A DNA stretch of 61,157 bases, the filler included, from Basidiobolus meristosporus CBS 931.73 (taxonomy: Eukaryota > Fungi > Basidiobolomycota): NCBI GenBank assembly GCA_002104905.1. It is 3 parts of 3 records of this genome, joined end to end, with 100 filler letters (N's around TTAATTAATTAA, not from the genome) between each part and the next. Parts side by side here need not be neighbours in the genome. Positions count along the whole stretch, not along the records: positions 1 to 29,997 come from MCFE01000857.1; 2 more parts are not named here. One strand, given 5' to 3'. Below, piece by piece: positions 1 to 11,361 of this stretch (the first letter of the stretch is position 1; the number at the start of each line of letters is the position of its first letter). The position numbers and the translations under genes are program-made. The notes under the pieces were generated by a model that was given only the letters and a program-made list of their open reading frames with translations, did no database searches and was not told the origin of the DNA.

Positions 1-1049
1 AAGCAAGCTGTTGTCCAACTGTTCTTCCGTTGCTGTCAGCAATGGGGTTTGGCTGAGAGCTAGACAACTTTGCTTTATTTTTTGGTGGTGTATATATGGA
101 AGTGAGACAAACCAAAGGGGAAATAGTGTGACATATACATTTGTATGTGGTGCTACAACTTTATTTATAATGTTTACTATGGCAGGTCCGCATTGAATCT
201 TACATTTATGTAGGTGCAATGTCCCAAAACAAGACTGTCTTAAGTTCACATGAGTACTGACCAAAAGGTGATATAATAGCATTACATTGTTGAGGGTCAA
301 ACTGTTTGCCTTATGGACAAGACTACTTTGACTCATTGCTGTAAGCAAAGAGAAAAAGACCATGTGGCTATTGTGGCAAGCCTCTCAGCCATGAAGCACT
401 CAGACAGCATAGGAAGTACTAAAAGGATCATGGCCAGTGTTTTACCACCCAAGTTACATTTGACCATTCATTGGTCACTATTGTACCAACATTATCTTGC
501 CAGTCAGTTGATACTTCTATATTGGTACCTGTCTGTCTTTGTCACCTTGGGCAAACTGAGTTGGGTGAGTTTGTGACACCTTTAGGCCCACCTCAGCCTT
601 CTAAATATGGCACGCAGAGTGATAGCTCTGACAAAGAAGGTTCACTGCTGGATTTTGAGCCTATCTCCCCTAACAACAGTACCATTTATGAGCCTGGTCA
701 AGTTGCTATATGCAATGAGACAACACCTGTTGAAACAAGTGCCAAGGATACTTTATGGAGCCAAGTGAGCCCAGTAATCCAGTTACTGGTATATGATGTA
801 ATGATGTGGCTAGAGATGTGGCTCATTTTAACTACTATCAGTAACAGGGGCTTTGAGGATTTATTACTACTTCTTGCCAAAATCATACCAGGATGCAACT
901 TACCATGTACATGGTGCAAGTGGACAACCCTTGTGCAGCTGGTAACATATGATCCAGAGACTGTCCTGATTCCAGCATATGTTAACAGTTGCATGGCATT
1001 CACATCCAAAAATGCTACTATTGCAACATGTCCAAATTGTCAGGACTTC

Positions 1050-2291
1050 TGTGGTAATGGAAAGTATTCCATTACTACAATATCTCTAAACCAATATTGC
1101 ACTCATTTCTTTATTTTGCTTTTTGCTATCATAACACACAAGAGAAAGATCAAGAATTTCCAACTTTGAAGAGCAAATGCTCCAGACCCTGACAAGTTAT
1201 CCACCCAGGAATATTATGTCATACAGAACACGTAGTAGCCAACACATGTTTCAAATTACAGCTCATTTGAAGCAGTACCTAAGGAGTTATGACCAAAAGA
1301 GTCCAACTATTATATATACTATGCCTTATTGCTAGGATTACTATGGTGACTTTGATCGCGTGTAACTTTCGAACCAGCCAATCAAATCACGTAAAATTTT
1401 CACAGATGCTGCGCCTATGTCCGATCTGCGCCACTGCAAAATTTTAGCTTTGTATCACGTGTATTGCTTGCGCAATCGCCCAAAAACTTTGATCCTTCAA
1501 AATTTTCATATATATGACTTCCCCAGCTGAAAAATAAAGGGAGAGCCTCTCTTTCCAGAATCTCCACACTACAATTACAAGTTTAAAGGTTATAAGACTT
1601 CCCCTGCATCACTTGCACTGTTGAGTATTCTGACTTTGATTGGTACTACATCAGTAAAGAGACTGCAAAGCTCACAAGAATCCAATCTAAGTACTACAAG
1701 AAACTACCACTTTTCTGTCAGAAAAGTCCCCTCTAAGAAACCCCTTTACTCTAAAGACACCCCTTTAGACACCCCTTTAGTCTAAAGACCCCTTTAGAGA
1801 CCCCTTTAAGAAACCCCTTTACTCTAAAGAAGCCCCTTTAGGCACCCCTTTAGTGTAAAGTCCACTTTAGAGACCACTACAAGAAGCCCCTTTACTCTAA
1901 AGACACCCCTTTAGACACCCCTTTAGTCTAAAGACCTCTTTAGAGACTTCTACAACACACCCCTTTAGGTTAAAGGGGAGTTCAGAATTTCCATATTGGG
2001 AAATATTTTCTCAGAAAGGAAAGTGACTTCCAAATAAGGAAAAGTTACTATAAAAGTAAATAAGCCCATTAGTTGACAGAAGGTCAGAACACTGCTGTAG
2101 AAGTGATAAACACTGCCTACAGTATATTTTGAGCCTAAGATTGAGGAAATTAGTGAAAGTTATATCTTGTATCGGTATATCAAACTCCCAATAAACTATT
2201 TCAGTATTAGCATACTGGAAGTTGTTGTATATTGTTGATTAGCCTCTACATTGTAGAACAAGCCCCAAACTAATCATAATACAACACAACA
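1050..2291. mobile_element. Probable solo LTR (1242 bp, TG...CA) inserted in CACTA copy 1
   Basis: Absent from the paralogous copy at ~8699. Starts TGTGGT and ends ACAACA. Flanked by a 4-bp duplication CTTC (1046-1049 and 2292-2295); removing it restores collinearity exactly. Confidence 0.7.
1735..1953. repeat. Three tandem 73-bp units built from CCCCTTTA sub-repeats
   Basis: Units start at 1735, 1808 and 1881 with AAGAA(A/G)CCCCTTTACTCTAAAGA. Confidence 0.9.
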
Positions 2292-3413
2292 CTTCACCAC
2301 CATTGAGGGAAAACATTGTTCACTCTCTGGATATATTCTGGTCATACCCTGTCTGAGGAAGCTGATGCAGTCCAACAAATATTGCAAAGCTATACAGTAC
2401 CACACACAGCATCAATCAAGAGCAAACCTATCTAATATATTTGATGGCAAACATTACAAACAGCTAATAAGCAAGGGCTACTTTGAAGGTACGTATGGCC
2501 ATGCCTTTCCTTTAGCACTTGATGGATTCTCATGAAACAAGTACTCTACCAGCAAATCCTGCTGGCTACTGATTCCCATCAACTTCAATCTGCTGCCCAT
2601 CTAATGGTATCAGATCAATAATCTGATGGTAGTATCACTGGTATCTGGGCCTTAATCACCATCCAACCTGGATAGCAACCTGTATCCATTGCTAGATGAA
2701 ATTCATATGCTTTCCAGCAGGATAACAGTCAATGGCCATCATGTAAAAGCGCATATTATTATCTGCATTAGAGATACCCAAGCTATCAGCACAATAGCAG
2801 GCTTTTCCCAGCACAATGGATGGTATTGCTCTCAAATGTGTGAGATCCAGGGGATTTACTCCATAACTCACACACATTATTATTACCCAAATACCAGCAC
2901 TAAGAACACCATCTCTCCACAGAGAGAATGTACAAAAGTCAGCATGCAATTGCAGCAAAGTTGGCAGGCTATATGCATTGGCCAGAATATGGAATCAATC
3001 AGAGACTGGAGATACTTAAGATAGAGGGTATCTGTTGGAGCAAAAGCTTTCCACTAGGAGCAATGCATTTGCTTTTCAACAATATCCCTACACTGATACC
3101 AAGTTCTATATGGGGCATTTCAAGCTATATAAGCCCTTTGAGGTACTGGAGAAATTTGCAAGAGTTGGCAAGATATTATAGAGTATCTGCTACCCTATGT
3201 ACTTCTCACAGGCTCCAATCAATATTCATATGCATATGCAACAATACAAATGCAATGACTGGATGTGCTGGGTATGTATTTATTCAAGTGATGTTCTGAA
3301 GCCATTCCTACCAAGAGTGCATTGGGAGCATTAGGAGTCATATGTGGACATTGTAGGAATATTTATCCAGAAGAGGATTACCAATGCCAACTTGATGCAT
3401 CTACAACTGTTGT

Positions 3414-3731
3414 CCCTACGAAAAATTCCAAACTTGGAATTCATCTGATTTTTAGCTGGTATTCTGCTGGTATTCTGAGGGTATTTTGCCAGAATTCAGC
3501 TGGTGTTTTGGGCTCAAAATTTCAAGTGCAATTTTTAGTGAAAGTAATAGGCAGCTAATTACCAAATTTGGTATGGATGCTAGCTTGCCTAGTTTCCTGG
3601 AGAACTTGTTTGCTTGCCTTCCCATCAGCTCAGAACAGGGATATTGAGAATTGTCAATTTTGAGGAACTTGGAATTCAGCTGATACTATGATGGTATTTT
3701 GCGGGCCTTTTCTCAATTTTTTTTCTTAGGG
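3414..3731. mobile_element. 318-bp MITE with CCCTA(C/A)GAAAAA terminal inverted repeats and a 4-bp TSD
   Basis: Left end CCCTACGAAAAA, right end TTTTTCTTAGGG. TTGT is duplicated at 3410-3413 and 3732-3735. The empty site is visible in the paralogue at ~9825. Confidence 0.8.
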
Positions 3732-4422
3732 TTGTGCAAGGAGTTTATGACAGGATTTGAGTGGCTATACTACATACATAAAGCTGAACACATAGATCTT
3801 TGCCACTACTGTATCCATTTTCTACTTCATCTTACATGGTGTGTGGAGAATATTGGGCCTTTCTTGAACTTTTGGGAGTTTTCTATGGAGCAGATGTGTG
3901 GGGAGATAGGAAGACAAGTCAAGTTGCAGGTACTACCATATCCCAATCTCATCAAGAATATTACCTTCAAGTCCATCATGGATATGATGAGTTGGCACAT
4001 GGAGGACAGCCAGGAAGAGTTTGAAAATACTGAAGACAAATGTGTTGCAAAAATCTGTAATTCCACCTATATATTTACCTAACTTAGTCACTCAGATCAT
4101 TATCCTCAAATCCTAGAGAATACTGACCAAATTCCTTGTTGGGATTTACTTACAAAATTTTTGCCAAAGTACTAGGTGCCCAGCAAATGAAAATTCTCAA
4201 AATTGTCCAAACAGCCCCAAACTTTGCACACATGTTCTGGGGACCTCTCCTAACCTATTCTAAGTGCTTGTAATGCCAAGATCATGTAAAAGTATAAACA
4301 CTACTTTACATTCAGTAAATCATCAAGTGAAAAACAACATATTCTACTTGTCCTTCCAATCACTTCCAATATCTCCAAGACTATTACAACAGGCTACATG
4401 CCTCAAGCTGTCACTATCTGCA

Positions 4423-5344
4423 ATGTCTACCACTGCTATTACTGGAATTTTTCTCTCTGCTGAAAAGTTGGATGGTTCTAACTACCAAATGTGGAAGGTG
4501 AAGATGAAGATGCTGCTATAAGAAAGAGGCCTTTGGGATACTGTCATGGGAGAAGAATGCTCTCCTAAAAACATTGGAGAGGAAACCTTAAAGTACCAGA
4601 AGAAAGAACAAAGTGCCTTTAACTGCAGTTGCCATAATGTTAAGGACAAATTGCAAATTCAATGCTTAAGAGCAAAAATGGCAAAGAATACCTGGAAGGC
4701 ATTAGAAGACACCTACCAGTCATATTCATCTGCTAAGAAAATGTATCTGAGACAAAAATTCTTTACTACAAAGATGCTGCCAGGAGAACAAATGAAAAAT
4801 CTAAATAACAAAATTACCCTGCTGGTAGATGAAATGGAATATGTGGGCACAGCAACTACTGATGAGGATGTGATAGTTACCATCCTGAATAGCCTGACAG
4901 ACAAGTTTTGGGACCCTGTATCAGCACTAGTGCAGAACTGAAGATTTGACCTTAAATTACATATATGGTATGCTCCTGGATGAAGAATTAAGAAAATCAA
5001 GTACCAACAAGAAGGAAGAGGAAAGTGCTGTAATGAGCAATGATAGCCAGCAAAGGAGGTACCCAAGACCCTACAAAGACAACAGCAACCTGTTGTGTAA
5101 CTATTGCAAAAGGAAAGGACCTACATCAGACCGGCATCTCAAAAAGAAAGATAATCAGCAAAAGAAGCTGAATATGGAAATGGTTTAACAACTGAAGACA
5201 GGCTATACATATCTGCACTAAGTATGACTACAATTAAGGAATCTCAGATGTGGTGTATTGACTGTGGAGCATCTCAGCACTTTATACACCAAAAGAACTT
5301 TTTACCCAATAACATGAAATTCCAATTAAGAAGGTTTTCATGGG
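4423..5344 (+). pseudogene. copia A gag/protease remnant
   Basis: Homologous to the gag of copies C and D (KLDGSNYQMWKVKMK, CNYCKRKG knuckle, WCIDCGAS), with stops and frameshifts. Confidence 0.85.
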
Positions 5345-5712
5345 CGCCCTATGAAAGATCATTGAGGTGATCCCATCAAAAGGCTGTCACAAAGTTAAAG
5401 TCCTGTGGCTATGAGATACTGATCCCATTGAGACACCATCCAGAGATCACTGAAAAACAATTGCACACCACATTTCACAAAAAACTTAGTCAAAATTTTT
5501 CATCACAACAATGTATAAGTGGCTTTTGATTAGTTCCCTGCCAATTACTCACATCCTGATCTCAGACACTCTATCACCTCCTACGTTTGTGTGAATTGGT
5601 TGGCTATTGCCTCTTTTACACACTCCATACTTCCTGACTCAACCATTTCTCTTACTTTTCATGCGTACAAACTGATTTATTTCTGTTGAAACTTCAGTTT
5701 TACCTCAATTGC

Positions 5713-7768
5713 CTATTGTATTGACCTATGCAAGTCTCTATACCCTACACTCACATTAAGTCCAACCCCACACTCAACAAGTAACTCCATTAAAATGTAC
5801 CACTCAGTGAGTATTTCTGCTGTAATGCTCTGGTTCCACAACTTTGGTAGGAACCCAATGTCTTTGTGCCTCTGTTCATTCACTGGTTCCCACACATCCT
5901 GGTCTTCAGCCAGCACTGCAAGGTCTAGCACCTCATCTGCCAGTCTTTGCAATAAATCCTTGCAATATTCCAGTGCATTTTCTTGAGCACCGCTCTTGAA
6001 GAAGTGCTGCAACCTCTTGGTGTGCCTGTTAATGTTCCAAAATTCCACTGAAGGCATTGTGATAGTCTTTTGAGCTCTTGACATTGTAGCCTTGTCTGCC
6101 AGTGGGATCTCCACTCTGACAACAATGGAGGATGTGGAGGCTGTGGCAGACAAATTGCCTTTCTCAGTAAAATCAACTACCTTGCTGGAGTGTAGCTCAA
6201 CTGACTGCACTTCCAACTCATGTGAAAGCAGCTGGTTTCTTGTTGGTAACTCTGGTTAGCTATGATGGGATTCAGTCTGTTCTGGACTTACAGTGCTAAT
6301 TGGAAAGAACTGCAGCTTTTCTAGCATGCCTCCCTGTCTCAGGCCTGGGTAGACATTCTTCCCTTTACCTTTTCCTTTATCACTACCAGATCTTTCACTG
6401 CTACTTTGTCTGAGTGCTTCTTGTAAAGAACTCCGTTTTCTCCCAGATAAATTCTGCTCTGTGCATCTCTTTTGGCCTGACTATCCCTTGCTGGCACTCT
6501 TCTGGCAACCTGATGTTTCTTTGCCACTTGTTTTGAGCTCTCAACTGTAGTTGTGATGGGCTCCTGTAAAAGTAGCTGGTTTTTATCACTGCCAGGTCCT
6601 TCACTGCTACTTAGTCTGGGTGCTTCTTGAGTGGTACAGCACTTTTTCCTCAATGAAGGTTGTGCTGGTGCATCCATGTCTGTCTGCTAGTCCCTAATTG
6701 GCACTCTTCCAGCAACCTGATGTATCTTTGAAGCTTGTCTGGAGCTTTTGGCCCTGCTTGTAATAGGCTTCTGAGGAAGCCACTGGTTCTTAGCCATGGC
6801 ACCCTTGTTCATCTGCCTTTCATAGTTTCTTCTATTCTTAAGACACTTTATTAGCCTACCAATGCTGGCCCAAAATCTGTTTGCCCATTTGAGTCCAGGA
6901 TAATGCTCATGGAACAAGTCAAGTGCATCTTGCTTGGCCTTGAGTTCCTGATGGTCCCATGGTATGCCAGCCATGAGGTGATGGCATGCTAGACTTCTGA
7001 TGGCCTCCTGTATATTAGCCCACTCTTCATTATTACACTCCACAGCTTCACAGATCTTCAATGACTTTTGATTTTAGGCTCTGGTATAAACACCATATTG
7101 TCTCCCTCCCACACTGTGATAGGTTTTTCTATGAGCTTTATCTTTGGGCACTGTTGTTGTGCTTCAAAGACTGTGTGGTGTTCCGCTGCTGTTACATTGG
7201 GAAATGGCTCAATTCTTGGCTGTGGCATTGAGCTACTTGAGTTTCTTTGTTACAGCAAAGATGCTGCTTTCTCTACCTGGGATATTGATTGCTCTGCAAG
7301 TATTATCTGCTCTTCCTGTTTCTGGACTATTTCCTGACTTCTCTAGGCCATTACATCTATCCTGTCAGCCACTGCACCTAATTGCTTCATTAATACTTTG
7401 AAATGAGCTGACAACATACTTGCTAATATGGGTGGTGGTGATGATATCATGGCCACATTCTGATCTTGAGCTGAGGGCACTGTGCTTGCTACATTCTCAT
7501 CTGCCTGAGCATAATGGTCAGCCTGTGGCTGTGCAGAGGTTCTCAATTGCCTACTTGACTGAGAGCCTGAGGAGCCCGCATTATCACCTTCAATGGGCAC
7601 ACTGTCCAGAGGGCCATTTTTGGATGTAGCCCTGTTTGTTGCACTGAGTGTCAAAGCAAGCTGTTGTCCAACTGTTCTTCCATTGCTGTCAGCAATGGGG
7701 TTTGGCTGAGAGCTAGACAACTTTGCTTTATTTTTTGGTGGTGTATATATGGAAGTGAGACAAACCAA
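5713..7768 (-). pseudogene. Fragmented accessory ORF of the CACTA-like element, function unknown
   Basis: A series of minus-strand ORF pieces (5713, 6339, 6687, 7343) with homologues at 18753-20368 and 39761-40805. Confidence 0.55.
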
Positions 7769-8123
7769 AGGGGAAATAGTGTGACATATACATTTGTATG
7801 TGGTGCTACAACTTTATTTATAATGTTTACTATGGCAGGTCCGCATTGAATCTTACATTTATGTAGGTGCAATGTCCCAAAACAAGACTGTCTTAAGTTC
7901 ACATGAGTATTGATCAAAAGGTGATATAATAGCATTACATTGTTGAAGGTCAAGCTGTTTGCCTTATGGACAAGACTACTTTGACTCATTGCTGTAAGCA
8001 AAGAGAAAAAGACCATGTGGCTATTGTGGCAAGCCTCTCAGCCATGAAGCACTGAGACAGCATAGGAAGTACCAAAAGGATCATGGCCAGTGTTTTGCCA
8101 CCCAGGTCATATTTGACCATTCA

Positions 8124-11100
8124 TTGGTCACTATTATACCAACATTATCTTGCCGGTCAGTTGATACTTCTATATTGGCACCTGTCCATCTTTGTCACCT
8201 TGCACAAACTGAGTCAGGTGAGTTTGTGACACCTTTAAGCCCACCTCAGCCTTCCAAATATGGCATGCCAAGTGATAGCTCTCGCAAAGAAGGTTCACTG
8301 ATGGATTTTGAGCCTATCTCCCCTAACAACAGTACCACATATGAGCCCAGTCAAGTCCCTATATGCAATGAAATAGCACCCATTGAAACAAATGCCAAGG
8401 ATACTTTATGGAGCCAGGTGAGCTCAGTAATCCAGTTACTGGTGAATGATGTAATGTTGTGGCTAGAGAAGTGGCTCATTTCCACTAATATCTGTAATGG
8501 GGTCTTTGAGGAGTTAATACTACTTCTTGCCAAAATCATACCAGGATGCAACTTACCATGTACATGGTACAAGTGGACAAATGTCATGCAGCTGGCAACA
8601 TATGATCCAGAGACTGTCCTGATTCCAGCATGTGTTAACAGCTGCATGGCATTCACATCCAAAAATGCTACTATTGCAACATGTCCAGGTTGTCAGGAAT
8701 CAACCACCATTGAGGAAAAACATTGTTCACACTCAGGGTATATTCCAGTCATACCCCATCTGAGGAAGCTGATGCAGTCCAACAAATATTGCAAAGCTAC
8801 ACAGTACCACACTCAGTATCAATCAAGAGCAAATCAATCCAATAGATTTGATGGTAAACATTACACACAGCTAATAAGCAAGGGCTACTTTGAAGGTATG
8901 TATAACCATGCCTTGGCTTCAGCACTTAATGGATTTGTATTAAAAAAGTACTGTACCAGCATATCCTGCAGGCCACTGAATCTCATCAAGCTGAAGCTCC
9001 CACCCATCCTACAGTATTAGAGCAATAATCTGATGGTAATCTTACTGGTATCTGGGCCTTAGTCACCGTCCAACCTGAATAGATACCTGTACTCATTGCT
9101 GGATGATTTTATATGCTTTCCAGTGGGATAACAATAAATGGCCATCATGTAGAAGCTCATATTATTGTCTGTATTGGAGATACCCCAGCCATCAGCAAGA
9201 TAGCAGGTTTTTCTGGGCACAATGGACGGTATTGCTGTCAAATGTGTGAGATCCAGGGTATTTACTCCATAACTCACACACATTATTATTACCCAGACAC
9301 CAGCACTTTGAACATCATCTTTCTATAGAGAGAACATACAGAAGTGAGCTTGCAATTGCCGCAAAGCTGGCAAGCTATAAGCCATTGGCTGGAATATGGA
9401 ATCAATTGGAAACCAGAAATACTTGAGATAGAGGGCATCTGTTGAAGCAAAAGCTTTCCACTGGGAGCAATGCATTTGCTTTTCAACAATATCCCTGAAC
9501 TGATGACTAAGTTCTGTATGGGGCATTTCAAGCTAAATGAGCCATTTGAGATACTGAAGAAATTTGAAAGAATTGGCTAGATATTACAGAGTATCCTCTA
9601 CCCTTAGTACTTCTCACAGGTGCCAATTAATATTCATATGCTTATGCAACAATACAAATGCACAAATGCAAAGATTGGATGAACTGGATATGTATTTATT
9701 CAAGTGGTGTTCTGAAGTCATTACTACCAAGAGTACATTGGAAGCATTGGGAGTCATATGTGGATATTGTAGGAATATTTATCCAGAAGTGGATCACCAG
9801 TGCCAACTTGATGAATCTACAGCTGTTGTGTTAGGAGTTTGTGACAAAATTTGAGCTGCTATACTACGTGCATAAAGCTGAATGCATATATCTCTGCTGC
9901 TACAATATCCATTAGACTTGTTCTATTCGATAGTGCCACATTGAGCCATGAGTGCCAAATGATGCCATAGTGTGCCAGAGAGGCCAAGTGAGCCTCTACC
10001 TGGCCACAGAGTGTGAAACATAGCTCTGCAACTTCATGCAAAGCAGCCCCTGTGTTTCACCTATTGTGTTGGAGAAAATCCATTTTTTGACCTTTTTTTT
10101 GGATCACTGTTGTGCAGGATGTGTTAGAGCACAAGCAGATTGGAGATTTGCATCTGGTACTCAATACCCATGGCACTCTGAATCTAGCTCCTGTAGCTTG
10201 TATCATGTCACAAAAATGAATGGCACTATCTTGGTCCACTGGTACTATCTGGCACTATAAGTGCTTTGTATAGCTCTTACTTTAGGTCTAATATTTAAAT
10301 ATAGTGCCAGATAGTACCAGTGGACCAAGATAGTGCCATTCATTTTTGTGACATGATACAAGCTACAGGAGCTAGATTCAGAGTGCCATGGGTATTGAGT
10401 ACCAGACGCATACCTTCAGTTCTCCTGTGCTCTTACACATCCTGAGCTACATTGATCCACAAAAAAAGGTCAAAAAATGGATTTTCTCCTGCGTAATGGG
10501 CGAAACACAGGGGCTGCTTTACATGAAGATGCAGAGCTATGTTTCACACTCTGTGGCCAAGTATAGGCTCACTTTACCTCTCTGGCACACTATGGCATCA
10601 TTTGGCACTCATGGCTCAATGTGGCACTATCCAACGGAACAAGTCTATTATCTACACCATCTTGCACAGCAGGTGGAGAATATTGAGCCTTGCTTCACCT
10701 TTTGGGAATTTCCTATGGAGCAGATGTGTGGGGAGATAGGAAGACAAGTCAAGTTGCAGGTACTACCATATCCCAATCTCATCAAGAATATTACCTTCAA
10801 GTCTGTCATGGATGTGATGAGTTGGCACATGAAGGAGAGCTAGAAAGGGCTGGAAAATACTGAGGACAAATGTGCACATGGAGACACCTACGCCTATGGC
10901 ATTAAGAAGCTAAGCAGCCCCAATGTGTGGGTAATCAGTTAAGTAATCCAAAGTTGGGTTGGCTGCAACAAGCAACTAATTTCTATCAGGAAAACTTTAG
11001 CAAGGTATGCCAGATTTCTCATGGTCACAAGCCAACTTCTACACCATTCAATATGTAATTCACACAAACAAGAGCCAGAGTGCACCTATATGGGGAACCA

Positions 11101-11275
11101 GAATTCAGCAGGGAGAAGGAATATATTGGCTCAATACCAAGAAGTTCTTTGTGCATATTCAGGAGGTATTCATGGCAGTAGTGGCAACAACCAAGCATAT
11201 GTTTGCAAGATGTATATGCTACCAGCAGTAAAAGGTATATGGCAACTTTGCAAGTATCACACTAAAAAGCTGTAA
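8124..11275 (+). pseudogene. Tnp2-family (CACTA) transposase pseudogene
   Basis: Motifs IPACVNSCMAF..CPGC, GYIPVIPHLRKL, FDGKHY, ALNGF, HIIVCIGDTPAISKIAGFSGHNGRYCCQMC and FWEFPMEQMCG. Broken by stops and by the foldback insertion. Confidence 0.8.
9914..10646. mobile_element. 733-bp foldback element (~346-bp inverted arms, ~40-bp spacer) with a 3-bp TSD
   Basis: Ends AGACTTG...CAAGTCT. The arms 9914-10259 and 10300-10646 are reverse complements. ATT is duplicated at 9911-9913 and 10647-10649. The empty site is visible in copy 1 at ~3815. Confidence 0.9.
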
Positions 11276-11361
11276 AGTTGAGGTGATAGAAGTATGTCAA
11301 TTGTGGTAGGTGTGCGTGCTTGTAGAGGTTGGTAAGCAGGAGGCCATAGTTTTTTTGACTT

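Larger units (their letters stand above)
1..4042 (+). mobile_element. Degraded CACTA/EnSpm-like (Tnp2, Transposase_21-type) DNA transposon, copy 1, left part; runs off the window start
   Basis: Collinear with 7654 onward at offset 7653 (ORFs 11/7664 and 471/8124). Fragments read IPAYVNSCMAF..CPNC and HIIICIRDTQAISTIAGFSQHNGWYCSQMCEIQG, which match tnp2-family motifs. Many stops and frameshifts. Confidence 0.8.

Noticed and set aside
1735-1953. CRISPR-like appearance of the regular repeats
   Set aside because: The units are contiguous with no unique spacers, there are no cas genes, and the context is eukaryotic.
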